A stretch of DNA of 64,000 nucleotides from Negaprion brevirostris (taxonomy: Eukaryota): positions 111,652,299-111,716,298 of the forward strand of contig JARDVH010000001.1 of NCBI GenBank assembly GCA_030324005.1, given 5' to 3'. The notes under the pieces were generated by a model that made no database searches, had not been told where the DNA came from, and was given only the letters and a program-made list of their open reading frames with translations. A program made the translations under genes and the position numbers. Below, one piece after another: positions 25,795-39,024 of the stretch (the first letter of the stretch is position 1; each line of letters starts with the position of its first letter).

Positions 25795-26832
25795 GGTCTT
25801 AAATTTAAACAAAGACAATTACAGAGGTAACAGGGGTAAATTGGCTGAGATAGATTGTTTATCTACAGTATTATCTTTTAACCAAATTTGCCAATGGGAA
25901 ACATTTAGATAAATAATTCCTAATCCTCCATGAATTACACATTCCCTTGAGTAATAAAAGTTCCAGTGGAAAAGCAGGACATTCATGGTAGACTAGTGAA
26001 GCAAAAGAGAATATTGGATGAACAAAAAAGGCTTAGAATGTTGCCAAAAATCTAGTCAGCCTCAGCATTCAGACGGTCTTAAAAATCAACAAATGATGAC
26101 CAAGAAACTAATAAAGAGGATGAAAATAAAATGAGAGTAAACAAGCAAGGAATATAAAAATAGGCAGGTTGCTACAATTATGTAAAAAGATTACCAAAGT
26201 AAATAGGGGTTCACTTAGAGAGAAGAAGAATTATAATGGGGAAATGAGAAAACGACAAACTCTTTAAACAAGTATGTTGTGTCTGCCTTCACAGTAGAAG
26301 GCAGAAAGAACTCACCAAAAATTTTTGGGAGCCAAGGGTTTAATGAGGAAATTAAATTAGTTAATATTGGTAAAGAAATGGCACTGAAGAAATTAATAGG
26401 GCCAAGATCCCTTGGACTGATGGTCTGCATGTCCGGTTATAAAAGAGGTGGCTTCAGAGATAGTGGACACGTTTATTTTGATCTTCCAGAATTCTCTAGT
26501 ATCTAAATAATCCCTGTGGTTGAGAAGGTAGCAGATGTAGCCAGGCTGTTCAAGAATGGGGGGCGGGGAGAAAGAAAACAGGGAACTGGGCTAGTTAGCG
26601 TAACCTCAGTAGAAGGGAAAGTACAAGAATACATTAACAAGCTTTGATGATGAGGCACTTGGAAAATCAGAATATAATTAAGCCAACACAGATTTATGGA
26701 AGAGGAATAGCTTTTGATATAATAGTAAGAGTTTTTTGAGTATGTCGGTATTTGAGCATACATAGGTAAACCAGTAGGTGTATTATATTTGCATTATCAG
26801 AAGACATTTGATAAGACACCACACAAGAAGTC
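25795..26832 (+). mobile_element. CR1 ORF2 (endonuclease-RT linker to RT), decayed
   Basis: Motifs LNKDNYRG, NKYVVSAFTVE, GPDGLH, ADVARLFKNG and KTFDKTPHK. Confidence 0.8.
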
Positions 26833-26849
26833 CTAAATTGCACAACCCC

Positions 26850-27995
26850 AATTCCCAGAAGCCACAGCAGCTGCCTCCATTCATGTGATTTTGGTGAGAT
26901 AGGTGGCTGAACCTTGAAGTGCATAGAACAGACCTGATAGGAGCAGGTCTGAACATTGTCTATTCATTTAGACAGCCAGGGTATCATTTTAGAGAACTAC
27001 AGTACCCTATTAGCTATCGTCTTGGGATATCTTTAGGGAGGATATGTGCCTTTTGTGGTTGTTAAAAACAGACACAACATAAATGTGTCTAAAAGATGAA
27101 TAAACTCATTCGAACTATTAAGCTGTCAAAGAACTGTCAAAACGGTCAAGGAATTTAAAATTACTGAGCTTTAAATTTTTCAAAATGTGTAGTTAAAAAA
27201 AAAAATCAGTGTTGGCAATTTCAGTCTGTTGATATAATTCTGAGGGTTGTTATTATAGGATGTATGTTGCATGATTGATTTTACAACATAACATTACCAC
27301 GGTATGGTACATGTTAAGTGAGCGGTTGATTGAAAGCTCCAAGAGGTTATAGAATATATTTGTTTGTTTTTATCAGGGATTATGCACTAAAATAAAATGT
27401 TTGTTTTCATAAAGGAAGCAATTAAGTACTAAAATAAAAGATTAATTAATGGAATTCCAATGTATTGAATGATATTTTAATCAAAAGAATGACACCAGCA
27501 ATAGACACAACTTTATCTTATGTCAGCCTGGCTCCTGAGGTTTGCCTCATTTGCCTTATCAAGAGGACATCAGGTAAATTGGCATGAAAGGAATAAGAGC
27601 AAAGGAGTGGGTGGAGCCATAAGCTCACACTAAAGGATAACACAAATTTAGCACTAAGGCTATTAAGGGATGTGGGGTGATTAGGAGCATGGATTAGTCA
27701 TGAGTGGGGGTTTCTAAGGACTGAGGGAAGTAAGTTTTATTTGTTTGTTTTACTTAATCTTCTGCACATTGCTAGGTCCTAGTGACAGGCCTTCTGGCCA
27801 ACCCATGTCCATCTCTGGCGACCACGGCACTCATTCCTGGGACAGTGGGNNNNNNNNNNGCCAGACTTCTAATCCAGCCTCCCTCTCTGAACTGAGAATC
27901 TCAACTTCTGGAAATCTTTTCCTTAGGTCAGGTTCATGGAACGAAGAAATGTTCCATCACTGCACACCCAACCCAGAAGTGAAAATCAGGACCTA
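26850..27995. mobile_element. Long non-autonomous element, inverted relative to 15482-16610
   Basis: An AT-rich 'ctgtcaaa' block and a G-rich catgg tract are followed by 'cccaacccagaagtgaaaatcaggacc'. It lies between two CR1 RT pieces. Confidence 0.4.
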
Positions 27996-28004
27996 GGGTC
28001 TGAG

Positions 28005-28262
28005 TGTAATGATCTAAATTTATTGATAAAACAAGTTAAGTGGGAAAGAGGTTTGGAAAATGAAAAGGGCTGTATAATTTAGATAATTGGACGAGGAGGC
28101 AGAAGTCGGATATAATGAGCAGAAATATGGAATTATCCACTTCAGTAGAAAAAACAGAATACTTGTTCAAAGGTAAGAGGTCATTTATTGTTGGCATGCG
28201 AAGGGATTTGGATATCCTAGAACGTGAAGTAAAGTAAGTTAAACACGTGGATGAAGCAAGCT
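28005..28262 (+). mobile_element. CR1 RT fragment
   Basis: Motifs SKFIDKT (degenerate FADDTK), KYGIIHFSRKN and RDLDIL. Confidence 0.6.
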
Positions 28263-31200
28263 TTTCGCAAACGGTACGTTCACCTTTATTGTAAGGTGCA
28301 TTCCCATTCTGCAATAGTGCTCATTATTCAACAGTGCCAGTTCACCCCAGCATATTGTTCATTAGTATTTTCACAATAAACTGTTTTGCAGAATCTGTCA
28401 ATGACATAATTCTAAGAAAAGTATTTAGGAAAAGCAAAAGTATATCTATTGTACACAAAGGGTGGAGACTATTGAATTATAAGTAATAAAGCTATGTTAG
28501 CACACTAAATCCATTAAAACAAGGCAATGGCAGAAGTGCAATTAAAAATTGATGCCCAAATATCTTCTGCATTTTCGAGTATCCGCTGATGTGGCAAGAT
28601 GTGCAGAGCCATGAAAGGAGAGTTTCCCTAGAGAATTTTGAGAGTTGCCTTGAAACTTAAGAGCCCTCTTACTGCCCTGGGAGATGAGCATTGTTTATGC
28701 ATCAGTCTGTCAGCCATGTTTAACATACTGATGAAAGGTATGCTTAGGCAGTGCAGAATATTAATAAATCTCTAGTGATATCATCAAGTTCTGTGTTTTG
28801 AAGCTTGACAATAACTGTCTCGTGTTGCCACTAGTATCTATTTTATTTGCTTTAAAAAAAACATTAATCTGGATGGCATTTAACACTGAACTGTGTCCAA
28901 AGGAAACACTAAAATTATACATCTGTGAATAAACAATATTTGAGAACTGTATTGTCACTGTTTAAAATGATTTGGTTTAACTATGAACAATCATGATTGC
29001 AGAATTAAAGCAGCACTAACTTGAAATGAGACTCAGTACTTACAATGATTTACCAATATAATAAAATAACAATATTTGAATGTAAAAAATGTAGCTTTTG
29101 AGAAATGCCAACGTCATCAAATGGAAGCCATAATAGTGAAAAGACAACAAATCCTATGGTAGAGCTTCTAACATTTATAATAATGTGTATGTTTTCAACA
29201 GCTATATTTTTTGAAATTGGAATATATTGTTAGGTATCTAAAAGCCTGTATACATAAGAATGTGATCACATTTGTCTATTTTGAACCAATATAAGTCTTT
29301 AAATATAGATTGTGCTTTTTAGGCCTGCCAAAACAAGTTACTGCTAAATTTTCTTAAAAAATGGTATGAACTGTGGTCAAGGAAAATCGAGGTCAAATCT
29401 AATATGAAGACTGTGGAGGAAATGTATGAATACCTGACATGCTCCTTTATAAATTTCCCCTCTCTTTATTTCCATTTCTTCCCTATCTTTACATTGCTAA
29501 TCAAGGTTTAGGACACAACCTATCTACAGACTTCTGCTCTGCTTCACTTGATCTTGCCGCAGGGAGATTCACTAGAGCAAGCCTCTGAAATTCTGGGTCT
29601 CCGACAAGTGCCTGGCAGCTGAAATCAAGACCACAGAATGTGAGGAAAGGCATTGACATTAATCCATATGCCCGAAGCCAAGAGGGTTTTATGCCAAATG
29701 GATTGGGTTCTTTCATACCCCACTCAACTAACACATAGCAGCTTTGATAGTGAATTCTTGAGCCAAATGCTCATTAGTTGAAATCCAGTGAGATCTATCA
29801 GTCCAATATTACACCCTTCCTCCCACTTGCTTATATAAATCAAAACTGGCAAAGATTTTAGTCTGACCGACTGGGGGAGAAATAATTAAAATAATGGTTA
29901 AAAAATGACAAAATTCAATCACAAGTTACAAAACATTTCACTTGTGTTTTACAAAGGTAGATTTTATTTTCAGTATTGACAGGGGGCTATGGGAAAGTTT
30001 TGTTTTGGAGGTGCGCTAGTTGTATTATGCTACTGATAATAAACCTACGTCATTGACCAAGATTTTAGTAATTTATCCTAATATCTACTTATGTGATGTT
30101 GTGCTAACTTTTGTGTAAAGTCATTCCTGTGAGCATGTGGAGATGGTTTTAACACATTAAAAGGTCTGTAGAAATGCAAGCCATCAATTTGAGTGTAGGA
30201 CAAGGTCAATTCTTTGTTTCTTAAATCATTCTCATTTCATCCCGCTCCCAAATTTATGCCAATGCTGCCTGATATTTAAAAGACTTTAATTTTATTAAAT
30301 TAAGTCTATTGGTGTTCCAAGAGCCTGGTCTGAATCTTACGCACAAGAGGACATTTTGTAATGCCTTCCCAGCACAGAGTTTCCTTCAAATGGTAATGTA
30401 AAATAAAGAAGCCATGCAGCGGCCAGTACATTCAATGTGCAACTTTCCCAAACTTTCAGTGATTAATCATAAACACTAGGAAATTAGCAGAAGCCTAAAA
30501 CTTGTAAGTAAAAATTGGGTGAATATTTGAAGTACGGAAGTGCCATGGGAGAGAAAGGGCTGCAGGGATTATTTTCAGTTTGCTGAAAACAAATGGCCTC
30601 CTTTCGCAATCAAAAAATGCATGTTTCCATATCCCTAGTGGAAGCTGGAAATGATCCTGAAGCAATCAGACTGGCTGGCCTTTATTCCCTCTTCTCCATT
30701 CATACTTCAATCTAGCCCTAGGAGTACTAGTCACAGAAAACCTACCCTTTAAAGTTGGTGAAGCATGCATTTTAAAATTTAGATGATGAAGCATGACAAG
30801 TTAATCAGTCTGCCCTGTAAGTAGTGCAAATGGTGCTATTCTTACACTAGCCTACACACTTATCAGCAATGTAGACCTAGATCAGAATTTATGGACTAGC
30901 ATTAATGCTATATGATGACCCTTAATGTCTGAATATATATTTACTCTGTGTTCCTCATTAATGATACTTCAATCCAAATGGCTGATTCATCCACTTCCAG
31001 GTGTGGGTGCTTATCGTTTGGATAGTTGGCTAACAGCAACTTAAAATTGAAAATTTTATAGAAGAAACATTTATGAACAAGCACAAGCGTAACAAATGGC
31101 CAGTGACATTCACTGACCGCAAAACATGGCCCAAGGTGTTCTGCTTTTGCTTTGTTTGTTAATTGCTGAATAATTCAGCAGCGTTAATTACTTAACTGAC

Positions 31201-32459
31201 TGAGAATCAGAACATCATTACAATACAAACAGTTTGTGCATTTCAACTCATTGACCTAGATTTTCTGATTAATGTTATTTTAATGCTGGTGGTAATCTAT
31301 TTATTTTAAATGGGTTACTGCCAGTGTTAAAAAATACTGATTGGAAAATTTGAAATTAGAAAACAGGACCTGAAAATCTGAATGGTACTGCAGGACGTAA
31401 TCTTTGTCTTGTGAAGTAAATTGGATACACCTTTGTTATCACAGCATCATAGCTTATGACAGAGGGGCCTTTTGAGACTTCAGCATATGATCATTCTGTC
31501 CCTTTGGTGAGTCAACCCAAGTCCAAGTAAGGATCCCATGCTCAAGCTATGGCCAATAACAGACCCAGCAAGTTTCAGGCGTTGGGACAAAAGCTAGAAT
31601 GGCTGAGGATCCTTCAGGAAGGAGATTTGTGTTTCATACAAACACAAATGGGGGATTTTCTATTGCCTTCCCTATGTATTCTTTTCCCTTATCATATTGC
31701 TCATTGAAATTGAAAATGGGAATCAGCAGCTAAAAGTGCAAGATTGAGGTGTGTAGAAATGAGCAGAGGATCTGCCCTTGTGCACATCACTACTACAACT
31801 ATCATTTCATTCAGCTCCGCTTTGTAAATAAACTTTAGGATTTCTCAATTCAGAGAATCGATCAAAAATGGAAGGTTCATGAATTCATCAAAGACTGCTC
31901 GATTTCTCCAATATCCAACAGTATGCTGGTGACTAATTAACTTGAGCTAACAAGCCAACCAATAATACAAGAAATAGCAAACCAAACTTTGTCTTCATCC
32001 CCTGTACAATAATCTAGTGAAAAGAATCATTCATAGAAGCTGCCCAATCTTCATTGCATTCATTTAATCCCAATGAAACTTAGAAGAACAATGTAAGACT
32101 ACTTCTACAGAATGATGACAACCAGTGTGGGACAAGCCCCCTCCGCCCAACTCCATGGGTCACTTCCTTGCAGTTACACTGGAGCAAACCAAGTTTTGCC
32201 CCTCACAAAATAAAAGATTGGCAGAGACGCCATTTCCTTGGGTGTTTGAAGTCAGGATAGGACAACCATCAAAACATCCTCCAGGATCTGAAGCCAAAGC
32301 GTAAGTTAAATTTTTGTTAGCCAAGATGTATTTTATCCACTTCCTAGTAACATCAAAAGATTATTTTGATGCAAGTAATTGGAGCATGCAAAGAATACAA
32401 TCCTGCCTTATCAGACACAATACATAGCGAGGATTATAACAAGTCATTCAGCAGAATGA

Positions 32460-32650
32460 CCAAAGATGTGCAGATTAGATGGAATAGCCATAGTAAACTG
32501 CCCCTTAATGTTCAAAAGTGTGTGGGTTAGGGTTTGGCAGTGAAAATACATGAGGTTATGGGGATAGGGCTTGGGTAGAATGTTCTGTTGGACAGTGGAT
32601 TCAGGCTATGAGCCAAATGGCCTCTTTCTGCACTATAGGGATTTTATGAA
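32460..32650 (+). mobile_element. HE1/V-SINE 3' half
   Basis: Sequence 'caaagatgtgcagattagatggaatagccatagtaaactgcccctt...gccaaatggcctctttctgcactatagggatt'. Confidence 0.75.
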
Positions 32651-34204
32651 TAAAAAAATTAATTGAATATATATATTCTAACTGCATGTACCCATATTTT
32701 ACCTGTTCATAGTCATTAAAGCTAGCTACAGTCTCAGTAAATTTCTACTCACAATATTAATCACAATAGGGGAGTAAATTAATTTAGAGAACATGGTAAA
32801 CACCCCAGAAAGAAATAATTTCTATTAATATTGTTTTTGTTATCATTCATGTAAAGTCAACAAATGCTAAAATAAATCGTAAACAGAATTGACCTGAATT
32901 TCAGAAGCAGCTATTCTGAACTCCTGCTGTAACTTCAGATAGAGTTACGAAATCAAAATATCAAATCACATTTTAAATTCTGGCACTTGGTGCTGAAGCA
33001 GTGGATCAGAAATGTCAAGCACTGAGAAAGAATGCCTTGCCATTTTAAGTAGGATGAGTTGTAATGTCACGTTCACAATGATGTCTTCATAAAACTATTC
33101 GCATCAACTTGAAAAGTGGTTGTATTGATCTAAAGCTGCCCTATAATATAACAAGGATCCTCTTCTGACTGTGCATCACAGTGAGCAGAAATGACTGTCG
33201 GGTTATATTAGTGCAGCACCGGACAAATAGGGAAACTGAACTATTGAGAGCAACCAGAAATGTAAACAGAATGAAACCAACCTATAAGATAAATCATCAG
33301 TTACAATTAAGACTTGTTCATCACATGATACTTTTATCCTACTAATGACGTCCTCTTATTTCAATATGGCAAAGCTTTCCTCAATTTCAGTGCATTGAGG
33401 CTTATGATTATGATTGAGGGGTTAAGCTTTCATTCCGATGTTTATCAAAAATCTGTTGCCTATTAAGAGTGCCCAGATATATAAATTGTTTTCACTAAGC
33501 TCTGGGGAAATTCTCCAGTTTTACTTCAAGATAGTGTCCAAAGAGCAACTTGCTTAAACTGGCACATTGTGAACCCTCTTCATGGAACCTGCCCAATGTT
33601 CATTGCATTAACTTCGATTAAGTTACAGCATGCAAATCGCTCCAGGGTACATGGCATTACGGTAATATTAAAATCTTGACTTGAACATTAGGCAGAGATT
33701 TGATTTTGTTTGCACAGGCAGGGGTTTGCATGCAATCTCAGTGGATGTCTGTGCTATACATGATAAATCATATGCATACTAAGAAACTAATGATTATGAT
33801 GTTTTCACTATAACTTATTCAAAATATGGTAAATGCAGTGAACTAATTTGCAAGTGCAAAAACTTCAGTACAAAATACATAAATTGAGTTAATATTTCTT
33901 TTGTTCCAACTTCCTATTATTGCCTCTAACAATGGGGGAGCAGAGTCAAGTTATGCATTTTTTTCCTGTTGCATTCATTATTTGGCTGGATAATTAGCTA
34001 ACAGACATGCTGATAATGTCAATGCCAGCTGGAGTGCATAACTCGCATAAGTGTTCCTCAGTTCTGAACACAATCTGGCTGTGAAGTGTAAGGGTGTAAC
34101 CAGCATGTTGTGAAAAAAGGCACATCCCCACATTTATTATCAGAGTTCAGTGCAGCCCAAGGGAGATCCAATCGACTGGTATTTTAACTCTGTGTTTCCT
34201 AGTT

Positions 34205-34500
34205 AACCGAGTCACTATTTAAAATAAGGAATCACGCATTTAAGGTAGAAATTAGGAGATTGTTTTTCTCCCTCAAAGTGTCATTAGTCTGTGGAACTCT
34301 TTCCCAGAGAACAATGGTCATTGAATATTAAGTTCGAGTTAGATATATTCTTGATTGACAAGGGAGTCAAAGAGTGTAAGGGGTTGACAGGAAAGTAGAG
34401 TAGAGGCCACAATCAGATCAGCAATGATCTTATCAAATGAATGAACAGGCTTGAGGGGGCTGAATGGCCAACTCCTAATTCTAAATTGTGTGTTTGAATG
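34205..34500 (+). mobile_element. CR1 3' end
   Basis: VISLWNSF motif, then tail 'agatcagcaatgatcttatcaaatg...gctgaatggccaactcct'. Confidence 0.75.
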
Positions 34501-34899
34501 TACATTATGTGCCTGCTTTAGGAACTGGTGCTTTCACCATTAACCATCCAGGATGCTGGAGCTAGATCACATTTTGCAATTTACATCTGGGGAAAAATAA
34601 GTAGCACTCACAGACAATGATAAGTGAAAAATCTCAAAATGGATGTTACATCATAACATGGCATGGTCAAAAAACATCTGAAACAAAATTTGAATTGAGA
34701 AATTTTGTGACAGTATTATATGTTTCAAATATTGTAAACGTAGAAGAGAAACTAAATGGATGTTGATTTATACTTATATCCTCAGTTTTACCATTTTGGA
34801 GAAGCTCATTTTTGCAAATACACATGGCACATGGATCATTTATACAATTACTGAACAAAGTAAGCTCTTAGCCCAGCAAACAATCAACTCAAAGTCCTA

Positions 34900-35476
34900 A
34901 AAGACCTTAGTTTTAATGTTTGAGAATAAGCCTGCTGATGAAAATTAAAGGCAATGGAGCTCCTCCCCACACTAGGGAGAAGTCCCACACTGATGGAGTT
35001 GCTGGGTAATCTGATGGTCAGCAGCTGCATCAGTCCTGGCAACACAGAGTGCATTAGTGAGTGTTACTGGAACTGCAAGAGCAGGAGAAAGAAGGCCCAC
35101 TGATCCCAGAGACAGATGAATCAAGGATCTTGAGTAGCTCAAGAAGTGCAGATGTTGGGTTTAAGGTTGCGGGTGAGTAGGAAAAAAAGGGAGGATGTCT
35201 ATGTTAGGGGAAGTCACCCCATGATCCTCAAAGGGCAGCCTCCCAAGATAGAAACCCACCTTTTTTCCCACCCTTTGATGAGATTATTTAAACCTGACTG
35301 TCCATGCCAAATATTATAAGACATGTGCCTTGCATTATCAAGGTCAATTGTCTTGGTAATAAGCCTAATTGAGTCACTATTATCTATTTAAATATGCAGG
35401 CCGATTTTCGTGCAGGTCCACCCCCCACTATATTATGGGGGTGAGCTTGGGGGCGGATGGAAAGGTGATGGGGCAT
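34900..35476. mobile_element. Harbinger-like non-autonomous element fragment
   Basis: Core 'gagaagtcccacactgatggagttgctgggtaatctgatggtcagcagct' is shared with 44780 and 52330. Confidence 0.45.
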
Positions 35477-35642
35477 TATGGTGATTGTCCCTTTAAGGGC
35501 AACACAGCAGAGTAAGAGTCTCAGTGTGTGAGACCAATTGTCACTCCAATTATTGAATCACCTTATACTGAGAAAGACTTCTAGGCAAAGAATAAACTAC
35601 AACAGCTAGCTACAATCATGAGGCGGCCGTATAATTCTTATT
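35477..35642 (+). mobile_element. Probable Gypsy LTR fragment running into a gap
   Basis: Starts 'tatggtgattgtccctttaagggc' and has AATAAA at 35591. Confidence 0.35.
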
Positions 35643-36365
35643 NNNNNNNNNNNNNNNNNNNNNNNNNNNNNNNNNNNNNNNNNNNNNNNNNNNNNNNNNN
35701 NNNNNNNNNNNNNNNNNNNNNNNNNNNNNNNNNNNNNNNNNNNNNNNNNNNNNNNNNNNNNNNNNNNNNNNNNNNNNNNNNNNNNNNNNNNNNNNNNNNN
35801 NNNNNNNNNNNNNNNNNNNCCCAAATCACAGTCCTGGGAGATTCAACATCCCACAGTATTCATGGCCTTCGGGGAAGTATCTTGGAGACACAAGAGATTT
35901 CTTCTGCTTCTGGTAGAACATTGTCATCATCCACAGAATGGGACTACGCTTCAACAGAAATCTTATAGTCATTGCTGAGAAGCAAAGTCAAAGTTGCAGA
36001 ATGCCTGAAGTGCATAGAAAGAAAAATACTTTTTATTGAAAGACTTATCCGAAAGAAAAGACTGAAGAGTAAAGATTGCAAGACCCTTTTGGGACTAGGA
36101 AGGAACAACTCAGGACACTCTGGGGAAGTTATTGCTCCCTCAAAGCACAGAGTTTCAGAACAGGAATAATCCTTAATTCCAGGAAAGATTGTCACAGCTG
36201 TAACATCCTCTGCTGCATTGATGAGCAAGGATTGAAGATCCGAGATTTCAATTAACTTCAATGATGAAAGAAATAAAATGACTGCACCCCTTAAAAAAAA
36301 GGTTGCATTCCTGTAAGAAAATGTCATATCCCAATTGTATTTCGGGAGGGCCGTCTACTTTCAAC

Positions 36366-36688
36366 AGAGTAAGAAGTCTCATATTTAGGTTTAATTGGTA
36401 GTACATGCCACAAGCTTTCGGAGCACTAGCCCTTCATTAGGTGAGTGGGAGTTCTGTTCACAAATAGGATATATATAGATACCAACTCAATTTATGAGAT
36501 AATGTTGGAATGTGAGTCTTTACAGGTAATCTAGTCTTAAAAGGCACAGACAATGTGAGTGGAGCAAGTGTTAAGCACAGGTTAAAGAGATGTGTATTGT
36601 CTCCAGCCAGGACAGTTGGTGAGATTTTGCAAGCCCAAGCAAGTCATGGGGGTTACAGATAGTGTGACATGAACTCAAAATCCCGGCT
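36366..36688 (-). mobile_element. Penelope-like element 3' end (ORF C-terminus, 3' UTR, pLTR with hammerhead motif)
   Basis: Minus strand ends RDFEFMSHYL* (stop at 36653-36655), resembling the end of a PLE GIY-YIG ORF. It then reads TCAC-CTAATGA-AGGGCTAGTGCTCC-GAAA-GCTT-GTG, the same family as 3389-3572. Confidence 0.8.
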
Positions 36689-36849
36689 CTGTGAAAGAAA
36701 GGAATTTACGAGCTGACTGTATAAACTTCTTCGGTGTCTGAAGACTCAAGTTCCACTGCTTCTAAATGAAAGAGTGATGATCATTACATGAAAGACAGGA
36801 AGTTGTTCAAAAGATGAGCATCATCTGTTTTTTACCCGGGTTCCAAGAA

Positions 36850-37900
36850 GTATGCCAAAATTGCTACTCAGCAGGGACTTATGTTGTTGATTCTCTCTAT
36901 ATTCTTCACAACGTGTTGCCACTTGTAGCTGAAAGGAGCAGTAATCCTGCCTTTAACTGAAAGATCTACGCTGCCTAGAACTTGTAATTTAATGTCTTAT
37001 AAATGAAGGGACATTGGATGAAGCCAGTTGAGGACACCTGCTAATAATGTTTACAGTAGCTCCAGTGTCACTATTAAACGTATCAAAGCCTTGACTTGAA
37101 ATTGCCTGTAATTTCTTCTTGATTTCCCATTTCTTGGATGGAATTCGTTTCATTAATAATTTATTGTTTTCAGCTTTGATTAAAATCATTTTACTCGCAG
37201 AAATGCTTGAAATGTCCAGTTTTGGTGCATTGAAAGCATTTTGCACCTCTATTGGGCAGTCCTAGTGTCTTTGTTTGTTTTTGCACAATATAAGTATCAC
37301 AAAATGGCTGCCGATATGGATTTACCCACCTTTGTGCCTGGTTTTGTGGGCTTTCCCGTGACTGGCGCCTGTGGGTCTGTCCAGTCAACTGAGTCATATG
37401 AAGCTTTGGAGCTGCCACAAATTAATAGCCAGATTAAATGTTCGAAACCTCATCTGCCTTGCATACTGAACCGCTTGATCGAAAGGCAGATCATCTTTGG
37501 TCTGTACAAAATCAGAATTTTTCATTCCTGACACCCACAACTATGTGACCATATATGAGCCCAAATCCCAGTGCTCCAAATACACAAGACATAGCTAGGT
37601 GATATGGGTTGGTCAGAATCTCCAAGTTGTTGCAATTGTTGGTTAAAATGTACTCAATCAATTACTAAGTTTTGATTCCAGCTAAAAAGGTGTCAAAGGC
37701 TTTAAGAATGGACTCAAAGTCCATAATGAACTCCTGCACCATCAGCCTTAGATTAATTGCCACTAGACCTATCATGTAAAAGGTCTTGAAGCTTTTGTTC
37801 CTTTTTATTAAAGCCTGATGTTGCTCGGTACTAGAGAAAACAGCTCTATTACTCCCACTGCTGGCCTCTCTGCAGGCCTCAATTCAGTCAAATAGTTGGA
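36850..37900 (-). mobile_element. Ty3/Gypsy LTR retrotransposon gag-protease pseudogene
   Basis: Gag motifs GQQWE**SCFL*YRATSG and LIYGHIVVGVRNE, the zinc knuckle CFQCTKTGHFKHFC (CX2CX4HX4C), the protease motif DTGATVNIIS, and the downstream segment LSVKGRITAPFSYK. Confidence 0.85.
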
Positions 37901-38045
37901 GCAAGAGCAGGAACTACTCACTAGTTATGATCACCATTACTTCTGTCCAATCTGTCTTTTTCCAGTGATATTTAATGAACTGCTTTGAAAGGTTTCTCCA
38001 CTCTGTAATTCCTTCAATAACATGGATTTTTTTTTAACATTGATG

Positions 38046-38063
38046 TCCCCATTGCTGCCACCA
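38046..38063 (-). promoter_or_regulatory. Primer-binding site (tRNA-Leu type) of the Gypsy element
   Basis: Minus strand TGGTGGCAGCAATGGGGA compares with the canonical Leu PBS TGGTGGCAGCGGTGGGAT. It lies just upstream of gag. Confidence 0.7.
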
Positions 38064-38305
38064 CATCCTAAGATGGCCCTTCTACCTTGAACTCTATGTG
38101 CGGCTAGTAGACAAACTCCAGTATCTACTTAACATCTGCTTATTAGTACTACATCGAAACATGTTACTGAGTTGACAGTATCATCCTCAGCATAATTCCA
38201 ACGTCTCTATCTCTCCAGTGTAACAAATGACTGACTGATGTCAATGTTACACCATCTATGTCATGTCAGCATATCCCATTTGTTAACCCTTTATTCGAAC
38301 TGCAT
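38064..38305 (-). mobile_element. Probable 5' LTR of the Gypsy element
   Basis: Sits immediately upstream of the PBS. The termini are degenerate and the outer boundary is uncertain. Confidence 0.4.
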
Positions 38306-38633
38306 ACGTGGCAGGTCTCTTGTAATATAGAAATCAAGACAACTCATGATGCTTAGGACACTGGTTGACATTTTAAGAGAAAACTGGCCAAGATGCTATG
38401 CAACCTCTACTGACCTAACAGACATAATGAGAAATCGGTTAGAATTTTTCATTGGTTATCGAATATAACCAACTACATCTGATCATGGTGGAAATAGAAG
38501 TTTTCAAACTAAAGCAAAAATGAAAAACTGAATCCACACATGCAGCCAAATATTCAAGCAAATGATGGGAGAATTGAATCATAATTAAGAAAGAGTCAGA
38601 AAGCATACATTTGGATCCTGCTAATCCTATATA

Positions 38634-38823
38634 AAGAACAAAGAACAAAAACAGCCTGGGAAACAGGCCCTTCGGCCCATTGAGTCCGTGCCACCATTTT
38701 AACATTACGAGTCCCCCCTCCACCCATGACCCTTATCTATGCTTACGGCATTCCACATTGAGGGAAAACTAATTTAGGGACAATTTATTACCTCCAATCA
38801 GCCTAATAGCACATCTTTGGGGT
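38634..38823 (-). mobile_element. HE1-like SINE 3' part with CR1 tail
   Basis: Sequence 'aagaacaaagaacaa...acaggcccttcggccc...caatcagcctaatagcacatctttgg' runs into a gap. Confidence 0.6.
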
Positions 38824-39024
38824 NNNNNNNNNNNNNNNNNNNNNNNNNNNNNNNNNNNNNNNNNNNNNNNNNNNNNNNNNNNNNNNNNNNNNNNNNNNNN
38901 NNNNNNNNNNNNNNNNNNNNNNNCAAAGTGGACCAACTTAAAACCTGTGAATTAAAAGAGAAAAACATTAGTATCATTCCACATCCTTATACATTACCAG
39001 GGACCTTATTTAAAACAATGTCCA

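Noticed and set aside
29505-29740. Exon after a long pyrimidine tract
   Set aside because: All three + frames from the candidate acceptors hit stops, there is no good donor, and the minus-strand ORF is unrecognisable.
32111-32300. Splice-bounded segment (ctacag| ... |gtaagt)
   Set aside because: All three frames from the acceptor contain stops; at most it is a non-coding exon.
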